In this document: positions 44,846-55,308 of the stretch, in pieces
Position numbering within the stretch: the first letter of the stretch is position 1
How the letters are laid out: each line of letters opens with the position of its first letter
Virus record (IMG/VR): IMGVR_UViG_3300037493_005407
Span: 945-64,944 of that record
Length of the DNA stretch: 64,000 bases
DNA from: a virus
Lineage: Duplodnaviria; Caudoviricetes
Strand: one strand, 5' to 3'
Notes under the pieces: model-generated
What the model saw: the letters and a program-made list of their open reading frames with translations, nothing else
Told to the model about the DNA's origin: nothing
Database searches by the model: none
Made by a program: the position numbers and the translations under genes

Positions 44846-45721
44846 CTAGGCGTTGGTGGTGATGAAGGTCAGAGTGGAGACGATGCGGTCTTCACACCAG
44901 TACGCGAGCTGCGCACGGCCACCGTCTGTTGGGCCGCTGGCGAGGTTAGGAGTGCTGAAGGTGAAGGTCGAACCGTCCGCAGCGAAGGCCGTGAAAAGAC
45001 AGTCCGCGCCACCAGCCGTCAGCTTGACGCCATTGCCGGCGCCGCCAGTAAGAGCTGTCGCAGCCTGGAGAGCGACGTTGCCGGCGCCGTTGCCCCCGAC
45101 CACCGCGTACAGGGTGTTCGGGAATGCAGTGTTGATAGCTCCCGCCACCAGCGTCGCAGTGTGCGCAGCGCCATGGAAGTCGACTGTGTACGTGATCCGG
45201 TCGGGCACGGTGGCATCGTGTGCATGCGTACAAGCTAGGACGCCAGCATCCGCGGAGTCGATGACGACGATGGTGAAGTTGTTGCCGTTGGCACCGGGGA
45301 GCATCGAGCGTACGGTGACCGTGGTGTTAGCAACAGCGCCTGCAGCCGTCAGCACCGCGCTGGCGAACGTGTTCTGACCAGCCAGGTGCACGCCCTTGGC
45401 CACGATGCCCGTCTCACCGCCGATGGTGATGGAACCCACGGAAGTAGTGTAGATATCCGGCTGACCGTGGACACCCACGTAGGCGTCACCGAACACGTCG
45501 ATACCTTCCGTGGTGAAGTCGCCTCCGGCGATGACACCGTAGTTGCCGTCTTCGAACGCACGGAACTGCGACGCCATGCGCTTCAGGACGTCATTTTCGA
45601 GGTCGAGCGTTACGCTCGTTCCGGCTGCAACGGTATGGACAGTCTTACCCGTCGCAGGATGCGGATCCTGGAAGGTGAAAGACGGGCTAGTGCTGTACGA
45701 GGTCACGGTAATCTTCGGCAT
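44846..45721 (-). CDS. virion structural protein with one sheath-like beta domain
   Basis: VRSMLPGANGNNFTIVV motif; N-terminal domain paralogous to 45762..47912. Confidence 0.65.
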   Translation of the reverse strand: MPKITVTSYSTSPSFTFQDPHPATGKTVHTVAAGTSVTLDLENDVLKRMASQFRAFEDGNYGVIAGGDFTTEGIDVFGDAYVGVHGQPDIYTTSVGSITIGGETGIVAKGVHLAGQNTFASAVLTAAGAVANTTVTVRSMLPGANGNNFTIVVIDSADAGVLACTHAHDATVPDRITYTVDFHGAAHTATLVAGAINTAFPNTLYAVVGGNGAGNVALQAATALTGGAGNGVKLTAGGADCLFTAFAADGSTFTFSTPNLASGPTDGGRAQLAYWCEDRIVSTLTFITTNA

Positions 45722-45761
45722 AGGAGATCTCCTTTCACAGGGTTTTCAGGGGAAGTATACG

Positions 45762-47912
45762 TCAGGCAATCGCCGGCAACGACAGCGTGGCAACGCCAAT
45801 GTGATCGCGGTACACGATGTTGACCATTTCGCCCGCGGCGCTGTTCGTGAGCGCTGGGGCATCGAATGTGACGATGCCGCCGGCAGTGAACGCCGTGATG
45901 GTGCAGATGGTACCTGCAACGCAGATGACTGGGGTTCCCACAGTCGGAGCGCCGGTAAAGCTGGTGTACGCCTGCAGCGCGACGTTGCCGAGGCCCGTAC
46001 CGCCCGCAGTCACAACGACGCTGGCCAGGAGGTGCGGATCAGCGTCGATGAGGATCTTCACCGCCGCCGCTGTCGGAGTCGCACCACCCAAGTTGATGTC
46101 GATGTAGGTTACCCCAATGCTGGTGGAGTGCGTCACAGCCGCGCCGCCAACGCCGCTGTCTACAACGCGAACACGGAAAGTCAGACCGTATTCACCGGGT
46201 AGAAGTGACTGGATACGGAGGCTGTTATTATCCCCGCCGTCGTAGTCACCAACGTCGGCGTACGCGAAGCCCGTACCGGTATCCCAGCCAGCTTCGAGCT
46301 CAATCACAACACCAGTCGCACCCGCCACTGAGATGTCGTCTTGTTCACAGCGTGCGATGGCCGGGTAAATGGCACCACCGGTCATAATCTGCAGGGGCAT
46401 CGTGGCAACACCGTTTTGGCATCCGAATGCCAGTTCAACCGTGGTACCCGTAAGCGAGGTCGGCGGAAGATCGAAGGTAATCACACCAGCAGCGGTGTAA
46501 CCAGTGATGGTGCAGTTTACGCCACCGATTGTGATCCAGGGGCTTGTCAGCTGCGCCGTAATGGGAGCACCTACGAACCGCGTTGCCACCTGCTCGACCA
46601 CCGTACCTGCGCCCGTGCCACCTGCGGTCAGGACGTAATTGGCTGCCAAGTACGCGTCTAGTGCCCACGCTCCAACGATGTCGTTCGGAGTAACCGTTGC
46701 ACCGCCGAGGTCGATGCTGATGACATAGTCGAGACTCGTGTGGGTGTAGGTAATCGCAAGACCACCGGCGTCCGAGTCCACCACCTCGATGGTGTTGTAG
46801 TTACCCGCGTTGCCCGGCAGAAGGGCGCGGATGTGGAGGCTGTTGTTCTCTGGTACGCTGTAGTCGCCAATGTCCGCGGACGCAAACCCCGAGCCATCGA
46901 GCGAATTGATGACCTTCATAACAAGGCCAGTTTCCGATGTCCGGCTGATGGGATTTTTGCTGACATACTCGATTCGAGGAGCAGTCATTCCCACGTCCCC
47001 GATACGCGTTGCGACATTGGCAAATGCCTCTTGGCCATCCGACATGAGGGAGATCTGAACGGCACTTCCCGCGTTCCACATCGTGTAGTCGTAAAGGTCT
47101 GGGTCATCGAGGCTCGTTACTGGAGCGCTGAAGTTGACTAGGATGTAGTCGTTAGCTGCCGGAGCTGGCCATGAGTAGTTGTACCATGCGCGGATCTCTG
47201 CCGTAATGCCAGCGACCGTGACAGTAGCGCCGAGTCCGGTACCGTTCGCGAACAGCGTGGGACCCTGCACAACGGGATCCGACGCCCCGGTACCCAGAAT
47301 GGTCGCGGTAAACAGCACGCGGATAGTCTCATCTGCATTGAGCGCGGTTCTAAGCGTCGCAGCGTCCGGAGTTGCGCCACCAAGATCGATCGTGATGATC
47401 TTGTTAACCGTATCGATGCTGAGCGCAACACCGCCACCGGCGTCGTCAGTGACTTCCACCGACCACTCGTTGGCCCAGTGGCCCGGGCTGTTTGCGGTAA
47501 GACGCAAGGTGCTGTTGACCGACATGGTGGCATCACCAATGTCCGCATAACCAAACGTCTGTCCCTGCAGCGCGTCGCGGCAGAGAATCATGAGCGAGCC
47601 GGTTGGCTGGGAGTGCATACCATGCGCGACATCGATGAAGTTCTTGTCGACGCCAATGATCTTCATGCCGCTCGCATGTTCGTCAGCCCAGCTCGGCGTG
47701 CCCGTAGCCGGCGTCAGCGTGAACGTGCATTTGCCTGATTCGAAGTAGCTGTTGAGGGTGGGGGAGACACGCTCCAGCTGACCGTCGGAGATGTCTTTGG
47801 TCTCCGTAGTACCAGCGGCGATAACCATAACGAACAGTCCTTCCGTGGGGAAGGAATCCTGCAGTACCAGGGTAGGCTTCCCCGCAGGGACCGTGACAGT
47901 CAGTTTCAACAT
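45762..47912 (-). CDS. virion structural protein with three sheath-like repeats
   Basis: LTANSPGHWANEWSVEV, IRALLPGNAGNYNTIEV, IQSLLPGEYGLTFRVRV, each followed by IDLGGAT. Confidence 0.7.
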   Translation of the reverse strand: MLKLTVTVPAGKPTLVLQDSFPTEGLFVMVIAAGTTETKDISDGQLERVSPTLNSYFESGKCTFTLTPATGTPSWADEHASGMKIIGVDKNFIDVAHGMHSQPTGSLMILCRDALQGQTFGYADIGDATMSVNSTLRLTANSPGHWANEWSVEVTDDAGGGVALSIDTVNKIITIDLGGATPDAATLRTALNADETIRVLFTATILGTGASDPVVQGPTLFANGTGLGATVTVAGITAEIRAWYNYSWPAPAANDYILVNFSAPVTSLDDPDLYDYTMWNAGSAVQISLMSDGQEAFANVATRIGDVGMTAPRIEYVSKNPISRTSETGLVMKVINSLDGSGFASADIGDYSVPENNSLHIRALLPGNAGNYNTIEVVDSDAGGLAITYTHTSLDYVISIDLGGATVTPNDIVGAWALDAYLAANYVLTAGGTGAGTVVEQVATRFVGAPITAQLTSPWITIGGVNCTITGYTAAGVITFDLPPTSLTGTTVELAFGCQNGVATMPLQIMTGGAIYPAIARCEQDDISVAGATGVVIELEAGWDTGTGFAYADVGDYDGGDNNSLRIQSLLPGEYGLTFRVRVVDSGVGGAAVTHSTSIGVTYIDINLGGATPTAAAVKILIDADPHLLASVVVTAGGTGLGNVALQAYTSFTGAPTVGTPVICVAGTICTITAFTAGGIVTFDAPALTNSAAGEMVNIVYRDHIGVATLSLPAIA

Positions 47913-47978
47913 CTCAATTCCTCCTGGAAAGAGTTCGGTTTTGTCGGGAAAAGTATAGGATGCAGAACACGCAGTAAT

Positions 47979-49496
47979 TTAGGCGCCCATCACTACGCGC
48001 AGACTTTTTACTGCGGCCATCAAGGGGGTGACAGTCGTGTTGAATCCCGCCAGAGCAGGAGCCATCGCAGGACCAGAAGGTCCCCACGTAGTTGTGTGTG
48101 TATGCGAGTCTAAGAGGGTAATGAGCTGCGTCATCAGCGTCTGCCACTTTAGGAATAGCATCGCCCAGTCAGTAGGCGGATTCAACGCCGCTTCAGCGTA
48201 AGGACCCGGAGCAACACACCCAAGACCAATAGAGTCTGGTTTAAGAGAGTTGAGGCTGACAGTCGATACTACGCCAGGCTGCTTGGGGTCACTACCTAGG
48301 ATCACCGCGCCATTATAAACATAAACCTTATAGCCAGGTATCGCAGAGGGAATCGCGCTGTCTTTGGGGTTACCCACCATGATCACATAGCTGCCATTCA
48401 CGCAGCGTAATTCTGCAGCGTTGTTTGTGGGTAGAGCATCCGCAGGTGTACCACCCAATATAGTTATGTTCTGTTGCCCGCCAACACTCTTTAGGTCATG
48501 CCGTCCGATGGTCTTATTCGAATCTACGCCGACGGTGGTCGTAGCAACATTCTGGACAGCTTGAGTGACGTCACCGGCGACATTGAGCGTTTTGTTATTG
48601 CCGATCCATTCACGCTTCTCTCCTTGAATACGGCGTACGACATTGCCACCAATGTTCTCCCGCCGCTCTCCCGCCCCCGTAATGTTCACACCTTTTTCAC
48701 CGAAGATTTCTACGTAACCATCTGGAGATATTTTGATTTCTGCGTAGGTCTTTGAGGCATCAGGAGAGGTCACCTTCATGCTGAAGATACGCCCCTCGTC
48801 CCCGATGTCCAAGTGAAACGTAGGCTGTCCCTTTTCGTTTAGCTGATCAGCAGATCCACGTAACGACAGCGTGTGTCTTCCATTCTTGTTCTCAATCTTG
48901 AGCTCACCAAAAGAAGAGAAGTGCTCGAAGTTCTCACAGATTATACGTACTAGATTGTGCTGACCAAGACACATCACCTGCGCATTTTCACTGCCATACA
49001 GCTGCGCAAATTTCCCGCGCTTCGTAGCAAGGTAACTGCCATCAGGGTTAACCAGGCACACGTCACCTGGGAGCATCCCCTTTGGCGTCATCGCTGAACG
49101 AAAAGTTCCTGACGTACCTGTAGGTGTAGAACCTTCACCGACATCCATGGCGGTAAAGTCGGGCGCTACGTCCGGAGCTTCCAGCCGTGCGACAGCGTCT
49201 TTATCCAGAACACCGTCGATGTACGGAAAACCGAGTGTGAAATCTACGATGACCGCGGTGCTTGCGCTGAGAACTACGTGTTCTCCGGGGTATGACTTCT
49301 TACGGGGAATACCCGGTATTCTCCTACCAGAGTCTCCTGCGACGCGCTTATTGCCTTCTGTTGAAACGGTGTACGTATCCGAGCTCTCATCATACTCGAG
49401 GATACTTCCAAATGCTTTACCCGTAGGCATGTAGTCGCCAGACATGGCGACGTTTCCGCGTACGAGATCTTTTCTTTTGATGTGAGAGTCTCCCAT
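47979..49496 (-). CDS. baseplate central spike (gp5/gpV-like)
   Basis: N-terminal OB-like region, 8-residue VxG beta-helix repeats, C-terminal SHTH metal-binding motif. Confidence 0.7.
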   Translation of the reverse strand: MGDSHIKRKDLVRGNVAMSGDYMPTGKAFGSILEYDESSDTYTVSTEGNKRVAGDSGRRIPGIPRKKSYPGEHVVLSASTAVIVDFTLGFPYIDGVLDKDAVARLEAPDVAPDFTAMDVGEGSTPTGTSGTFRSAMTPKGMLPGDVCLVNPDGSYLATKRGKFAQLYGSENAQVMCLGQHNLVRIICENFEHFSSFGELKIENKNGRHTLSLRGSADQLNEKGQPTFHLDIGDEGRIFSMKVTSPDASKTYAEIKISPDGYVEIFGEKGVNITGAGERRENIGGNVVRRIQGEKREWIGNNKTLNVAGDVTQAVQNVATTTVGVDSNKTIGRHDLKSVGGQQNITILGGTPADALPTNNAAELRCVNGSYVIMVGNPKDSAIPSAIPGYKVYVYNGAVILGSDPKQPGVVSTVSLNSLKPDSIGLGCVAPGPYAEAALNPPTDWAMLFLKWQTLMTQLITLLDSHTHTTTWGPSGPAMAPALAGFNTTVTPLMAAVKSLRVVMGA

Positions 49497-49532
49497 GCCA
49501 CCAAGTGTAACACAGGAGCTAGGAGGAGAGTA

Positions 49533-50306
49533 CTAAGCGTTGTCGCCGAAACCAGTTACCCAACCGGTAGAGGCGTCGTTCCCTGCAGTCATCGCGCCGA
49601 CGTTGGAATCGGTAAACCCGATCATCGCGTCCAGCGTCTGGCGCTGCAGCGGTGTCTCGCCGAGGAGAGCCACTGGAGAGAAGGGGAATAGGCGGTCGCA
49701 CAACCCGCTCACATCCTCGAGCACCATGTTCTGACCCGCCGTAAACCCGAGGGTGTACATCTGGATCATGCAGAGCTCGCAGTAGAACGCGCCGAGCATC
49801 TCGTCCGCCTTGTCCTTGAACATGATGCCCAAGCCAAACGGTACGTAGTAGAGCTCGGAATCCAGGTTGATGTAGAAGGTGCTGTTCACCGTTCCACCAC
49901 CCGTCGGGACAACCGGGTCTCCGAAGTTCTCAACCGACAGGCCCGTCGCCACTGCGTTGTGATAGAGCACACGCAGCAGGTTGCGGCCGTTGGTCAGAAG
50001 CCGGCCTACGCGCCACGTCGATTGGCTTTTGCCGCTGACGTAGAACGTACGCCCGGAGCCGATGGCCATCATGGGCTGGGTCGGCTTCTGCGAGGTGACT
50101 TGGAAAGTCTGCAGCATACCGATGGCCAAGAGACTGGAGACACCCGTCGTCTCGGCCTGATTTGCATCAGAGAACCGCGGAGGACCCGCGAGCACCAGCG
50201 TATCTTCAGGATGCGCCGATGAGTACGCGGCGTTGTCCATCAGACGTTCAACGTTATTCCCCTGTACCTGCCAGGTGGAAATACCTTTGGTTACCTTGAG
50301 CGCCAT
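49533..50306 (-). CDS. tail tube protein
   Basis: Downstream of the sheath; IGMLQTFQV...PMMAIGSGRTFYVSG. Confidence 0.7.
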   Translation of the reverse strand: MALKVTKGISTWQVQGNNVERLMDNAAYSSAHPEDTLVLAGPPRFSDANQAETTGVSSLLAIGMLQTFQVTSQKPTQPMMAIGSGRTFYVSGKSQSTWRVGRLLTNGRNLLRVLYHNAVATGLSVENFGDPVVPTGGGTVNSTFYINLDSELYYVPFGLGIMFKDKADEMLGAFYCELCMIQMYTLGFTAGQNMVLEDVSGLCDRLFPFSPVALLGETPLQRQTLDAMIGFTDSNVGAMTAGNDASTGWVTGFGDNA

Positions 50307-50319
50307 ATCTATTCCTCCG

Positions 50320-50817
50320 TCAGCTCTTCATGAAGGGGCTGAGCGCCAATGTTCCTAGCATGCCAGCATTTCCGACATTACCGACAGTCCTGCCCTTATT
50401 GTAGGCGCCTGCGGCACCCTGGGCCACGTTCTTGGTATCTGTGCCGAACATGCCCTTAAAGAACCCACCGACTCTGTTTCCCATCGTCGGAGCTGCAGCA
50501 CCCGGGGTCTTTGCCATGTAACCAGTTGGCATGTTAGCCACGCGCCCTGGAACATTCGCTACACCCCGCGCCATGTTTCCGACGCCGCTAACCGCTTTGC
50601 CGGCCAGGTTCCCAATTCCACTGACCGCTTTACCTGCAAGTGACCCCAGCCCTTTTGCGGCCATCCCCAAAAGTCCGGCCTCTTTCTGTATCCACTCAGC
50701 CTCTTCAGCTGAAAGACCAGCGGATTTAAGAAAGTCCTGCACAGCAGGCTCGGGGAAGCCAAGTCTGTGCAGGGCTGTTACTTGCCCGACGTAGTAGGCC
50801 GCGGTCTTCTGCATCAC
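50320..50817 (-). CDS. Gly-rich putative internal virion protein
   Basis: MMQKTAAYYVGQVTALHRLG...IQKEAG; repeated LAGKAVSG. Confidence 0.65.
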   Translation of the reverse strand: MMQKTAAYYVGQVTALHRLGFPEPAVQDFLKSAGLSAEEAEWIQKEAGLLGMAAKGLGSLAGKAVSGIGNLAGKAVSGVGNMARGVANVPGRVANMPTGYMAKTPGAAAPTMGNRVGGFFKGMFGTDTKNVAQGAAGAYNKGRTVGNVGNAGMLGTLALSPFMKS

Positions 50818-53561
50818 GCTACCAGGTGCAGCCCGATGACATTCAAGGTCATCGGCAGGTTAACGCTGACGTACGCCTCGATGCGATCCGAGGATACGTC
50901 GGTGTTCTGGAAGACGCTATCGATGGTCGCATCGATGAGCGGCGCACCGATCTTCGCCCGGTATTGCGATTTGAGATTCGCAACCGTGGAGTACAGCGAC
51001 TGCTTGACGAACCGAATCGCGTCCGGCGTGATGTTCCACTTGCCCAGGAACGGGAACAGGGTGTCGAGGAACGTCCAGGCGACGTAGTCGAAGTCCTTGA
51101 CGACCATGTACTCGCCAGTCTCCAAGGACAGAACATCCGTGGTGACTTCGTGGATGCTGTACGGGAGCGCCGTCGGGTTGTCCTGCACGAAGACATACAC
51201 GCCGCTGTTGGACAGCGTTGTGAGCTGCGTCTCCGTGAAGTACTCGCTCGAGTTGTAAATCCTCGCGATGGCATTGACCCCCATGTTCGTGAAGCCCTGC
51301 TGCGGGGGTTGCCCGGCAGTCTGCCCACCCACACAACACGCCAGGTAGTACCCGGGCTGCGCATCAGCGGCAATCGCCTCGGTGCTCGTTCCGCGCGGGA
51401 GGCTTCCGTCAACCAGGTCTGTGACATCGACCTCGTCGGGGTAGCAGAGCAGGGTGCGCTTGCTCGAGAAGCTCGTCGCTACCTCGGACATGTACGTTAC
51501 CTGCTGGTCACGCGTCATGTCGCGCATCACGCGGAAGTACACGGTACCTGCGGAGACCATACGGTCAGTCGCCGCCGTGCGCTTGACACCGTGCGGAAGC
51601 TCGTTCTCCAGCTCAGCCTGGTTCGTGCCGTTATTCACGATGCGAAGACGAGTACTGCTCTCCGTTTCCGCGACAGTGAACGTGCTGTAAGTCGTGAAAC
51701 TGTTGACCTCCGGATCCGTTGGGACCTGGATGTAGTCACCCGGAACCACACCACTCGAGATGAAGTCTGCAGTGGGGCAGGACAGCCTCAAAAAGAGCGT
51801 GTCGAGCGCTGTGGTGGTCAGCGTGAACGCGCGAGAACCGACGATGTTCGAGTCGAGGTCCACCTTGGGAGTGCCGCCGGCAGCCGCGGTGATGGTCACG
51901 AAGTCCGCGTCGTTCGGAACCACAGCGCCTGAGATATTCGGAAGCTCGGTAGCCCCGACTTCAGACGAAACTTCGAGAACCTGTGCCGCCGTCACCGGAG
52001 AACAGACATGCGCAACAGTGAAGGGACCGTAGCTCACGCCGCCGTAACCAAATTCCAGAACGTCACCGGGAATGACGCCATCGGCAGCGAAGTCTGCCGT
52101 CGCAACCTGGTTGGTCTGCGTTGCGATAGTGAAGGTATGCCGCGTCGTGCCCGGCACCGTACCAGCAACCGCCGCAGTTGAAGCACCACCTGTTGCCGCA
52201 ACCACGTACTTCTGCGTCGCGAGGTCCACAGCACCGAGGATGACCCGGAACTTTTGCTTGATACCGTGCGACAGGACGTACGTGGGATCCGAGTAGTTCT
52301 CAGCCATTGACTTGAGTGCGCCCAGAATGGCGGTGTCGTAAGTCAAGGGCACGATGGCGTAGATGTTACGCTCCGAGCTCGTGCGGTCGATGAAGTCCAG
52401 GTACCCGGCCAGGTCGTCCGACGCCAGGCCGTACACCTTGATGGGTGTCGTGGTGTTGGCCTGCGCCACGTACGCCCCGACGAACAGCGGATTGCGCGCA
52501 TCGAGCTTGCCGAGCTCATCCCCCATCAGCGCGAATGAGCTGAACTCGGTGACATTCTGCAAGTCCTGACGAAGAGCTTTGTACTCGACGTAGATCTTGG
52601 CGTACGACACCGTCTTGTTTGTCAGCGTGCTGGACACATCAACGGTAATCGCGGAGTTGACCGTGGTAACTTTCGATGTGGGGTCCACACTGAACTGGGT
52701 AGACTCGAGCTCCACATCCGACAGGGTGCGTTCCACACGCCACTTGCGATTCGGATTCGAAACATTGGTGGAGGCGAAATCGGAAGTCATGCGTGCGTGA
52801 CACCAGTCACCCAGGCTGACGCCGGCCTGGTTGTACTTCTCAGTACCAGCCGCACTCGTGATCAACACCGTGGCAACGCCCACGGCGCCAACCAAGTTCG
52901 TGGCGTCTTGGATCTCAATCGAATCCGCGACAACCGAGCCGCTCGCGACGAACTTGTTCTTAACGATGTACGTACCGTTACGCGCAGGACTCGCGGCATC
53001 CGCGGAGACCGTGATGATGTCGCCCGCTTCAACACCTGCAGTGGTGAAGCTCAACGGCGTTCCTGCTCCAGAATCGAACAGAATGAACGCCATCTCTTTG
53101 ACGGTTTTCACGTAGTCGGTGGGCGTAGCGTTATACTGCGTGACCAGCTTATCGCCAGCCTGCATGCCGATGGCGTTGAAGTTGGCGCCAGTCGTACGCG
53201 TCGTCCAGAAGAGGTTGTCGCCTGTGTAGAACGTCGCGGCATTGGCACCAGTTCCCACAGCGTCTGCGTACAGAACTGCTTGAACGGTGTCGAAGAACAC
53301 GCGCACGCTCTCGTCGACCAGGAGCGCTCCCGCTGCCATACCGGGAGGCGTCGAGATGCTCACCGCCGCGATGGTGGTCAGCGGATTCGCCGCGTCTACC
53401 GTACCGTAGAGGGTAGAGTAGAGATCGGCCTTGTCATCGACGTAGTCCATCAGCTGGTAGCATGGACCAACGATGAGGCAGTTTAGGTCCGGGACATCAG
53501 GAGCAACGGTGATGTTCCGGTATTCCTGGTATACGATCACATTTGGTCTCTGTACCGCCAT
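50814..53561 (-). CDS. contractile tail sheath protein
   Basis: N-terminal RPNVIVYQEY; C-terminal sheath domain (QGFTN, GVYVFVQ, GKWNIT, VNLPMTLNVIGLHL). Confidence 0.85.
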   Translation of the reverse strand: MAVQRPNVIVYQEYRNITVAPDVPDLNCLIVGPCYQLMDYVDDKADLYSTLYGTVDAANPLTTIAAVSISTPPGMAAGALLVDESVRVFFDTVQAVLYADAVGTGANAATFYTGDNLFWTTRTTGANFNAIGMQAGDKLVTQYNATPTDYVKTVKEMAFILFDSGAGTPLSFTTAGVEAGDIITVSADAASPARNGTYIVKNKFVASGSVVADSIEIQDATNLVGAVGVATVLITSAAGTEKYNQAGVSLGDWCHARMTSDFASTNVSNPNRKWRVERTLSDVELESTQFSVDPTSKVTTVNSAITVDVSSTLTNKTVSYAKIYVEYKALRQDLQNVTEFSSFALMGDELGKLDARNPLFVGAYVAQANTTTPIKVYGLASDDLAGYLDFIDRTSSERNIYAIVPLTYDTAILGALKSMAENYSDPTYVLSHGIKQKFRVILGAVDLATQKYVVAATGGASTAAVAGTVPGTTRHTFTIATQTNQVATADFAADGVIPGDVLEFGYGGVSYGPFTVAHVCSPVTAAQVLEVSSEVGATELPNISGAVVPNDADFVTITAAAGGTPKVDLDSNIVGSRAFTLTTTALDTLFLRLSCPTADFISSGVVPGDYIQVPTDPEVNSFTTYSTFTVAETESSTRLRIVNNGTNQAELENELPHGVKRTAATDRMVSAGTVYFRVMRDMTRDQQVTYMSEVATSFSSKRTLLCYPDEVDVTDLVDGSLPRGTSTEAIAADAQPGYYLACCVGGQTAGQPPQQGFTNMGVNAIARIYNSSEYFTETQLTTLSNSGVYVFVQDNPTALPYSIHEVTTDVLSLETGEYMVVKDFDYVAWTFLDTLFPFLGKWNITPDAIRFVKQSLYSTVANLKSQYRAKIGAPLIDATIDSVFQNTDVSSDRIEAYVSVNLPMTLNVIGLHLVA

Positions 53562-53603
53562 GATTAGCTCCTCGTCAGGTGCGTTGCTAAAATCACTTCA
53601 ATT

Positions 53604-54413
53604 CTACTCTTCGCGCACCGTGTCGCGTAACGCGATTTGCGTGTAGTACGCGTCGGGGTTTCCGTACTTCGAAATATTGACAGCGACATCACGGAGGAGG
53701 GGCGCAATGCTACGCACCCCCCAACGGTGTTCAACCTGCACGTTGAAAGACACCACTGTTTTCCAAACGTCTTTGTCTTCATTCTCGGGCATCGTACGTC
53801 CGAGCACCGGCTCGGAGACGTCGTACAAACCAAAATGTTGGCGAAACACCAGGCGAGTAGCCAGGATGTAATACCAAACCGTTTCAGCTATCGCGCAGGA
53901 CTCCACCGGTAGTTCCGAATGGCACTCAATAACGAGCGGCATGTTACCGAGAATCATGTACGACTTACCGGCACTCTGATTGTGCATCCCCACGAAGTTA
54001 CCCACAGCCATAGGTGCAGGGGTTACGTCCCCGCGGTCCACAAAAATAGCTGGGCGGTAATTTCGCGCACCTTTGGCCATATTGAAGGCCGGGTCGATTA
54101 GGATTTTTTTAGGCGCATCAATTCCAGGTGTGCCGCTGCATTCGTCAGATGGTTGTAACTCTGTACTCCAAATCCACGGAAGAGGCTCTACCGTTTCTGG
54201 CTCTTGCCAATCCGGGTCCTCTTCCATACCCCCCTCACTCCCGCCTCCGACGAAACCTTTACCAGTAGTGCCGGGAGAAAATCGGTGGCGTAAAGCGAGC
54301 ACGAAGAGTCCGATTACAGCTGTTGGAGACCCTGGAGCAATAAGGTTGTGCTCCGCTGCGAGCCGTGGAATTGCAGAGCCGGTATAGTCATGGTCTGTTA
54401 AGATAATCGGCAT
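53604..54413 (-). CDS. tail completion/terminator-like protein
   Basis: Directly upstream of the sheath; RPAIFVDRG motif. Confidence 0.55.
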   Translation of the reverse strand: MPIILTDHDYTGSAIPRLAAEHNLIAPGSPTAVIGLFVLALRHRFSPGTTGKGFVGGGSEGGMEEDPDWQEPETVEPLPWIWSTELQPSDECSGTPGIDAPKKILIDPAFNMAKGARNYRPAIFVDRGDVTPAPMAVGNFVGMHNQSAGKSYMILGNMPLVIECHSELPVESCAIAETVWYYILATRLVFRQHFGLYDVSEPVLGRTMPENEDKDVWKTVVSFNVQVEHRWGVRSIAPLLRDVAVNISKYGNPDAYYTQIALRDTVREE

Positions 54414-54414
54414 A

Positions 54415-55308
54415 TCATACCCACCAACACGGTTCACGCCAGGGTTCTACGTTTATCCCGAACTCAATAGAAGACGGAGATATCTCAGACACCATGAGCT
54501 CAGTGTGGATATCGTAGTTGTGAATCTGCGTGGTGTTCGATTGCTCAATTATGAACCGGTGTCCTGACCGCATAAAAACAACAATGTCGTTTTTCTCGAG
54601 AGCTGGGTAATTGCCAGCAACGATTTGTGTTTTTCGTACGTCTTTTTCACCTTGAATAGCGAGCGTCGTGCTTACCGGAACTGAGGCCATCTGTGCGTAG
54701 GCGTAAATGGGATTCCAGTAACCGCCCACAAAAGAAGTTCCAAAGCACGTCGTGCAATTTGCTTTGGTACTCATCCCCGTAGCCGTGAGGCATATTGGGC
54801 ACTTCGTTCCCCAATACCGGCGTCGGAGATACGCCACCTCGGTACCAACTGCCCGTTGTAACGCGATGTGACAATCACGAATGAGTTTACGCGCAATTCC
54901 CCAACGTCGTTGATCGAGGTACGGATCTAGCTCCCCAATAGTGCTGTAGATTACCGGGTTAGATTGGCCATGCACTTGTGCGGTGACCTTATAAACGACG
55001 TTGCGTGTAATCGAAAGAAGGTCCGGAGTACCTGTATTCAGATTTGCTGCGAAATCGTCATCTACGTAGAAAAACGTATCAGCAAGAGGCGTCGTAGTAA
55101 GGAGTTCCCAAGGACCATTTTCTGCTCCAGACCGGTACACATTGAAGTCGTACCCTGTAGCAGCCCCGGGATTACGTAGAACCCATTGTATTACTACTCT
55201 CCTAGGCCACATCGGTAAACTTCGCGTAACCTCCAAATACGGCGTATTCGACGTCTTAATTGGAGGGCGTTGGACACCAGCTACTACAGATGTGGGATAC
55301 TGCGTCAC
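54415..55308 (-). CDS. neck/head-closure protein with FN3-like and Zn-finger domains
   Basis: FNVYRSG...GPWE; GTKCPIC...CTTCFGTSFVGGY; GTGA-coupled start. Confidence 0.6.
   Translation of the reverse strand: MTQYPTSVVAGVQRPPIKTSNTPYLEVTRSLPMWPRRVVIQWVLRNPGAATGYDFNVYRSGAENGPWELLTTTPLADTFFYVDDDFAANLNTGTPDLLSITRNVVYKVTAQVHGQSNPVIYSTIGELDPYLDQRRWGIARKLIRDCHIALQRAVGTEVAYLRRRYWGTKCPICLTATGMSTKANCTTCFGTSFVGGYWNPIYAYAQMASVPVSTTLAIQGEKDVRKTQIVAGNYPALEKNDIVVFMRSGHRFIIEQSNTTQIHNYDIHTELMVSEISPSSIEFGINVEPWREPCWWV

Noticed and set aside
50826-53486. Long + strand ORFs opposite the sheath (also 58621..59885 opposite the capsid genes)
   Set aside because: Antisense shadows produced by strong codon bias; no RBS or recognisable motifs.
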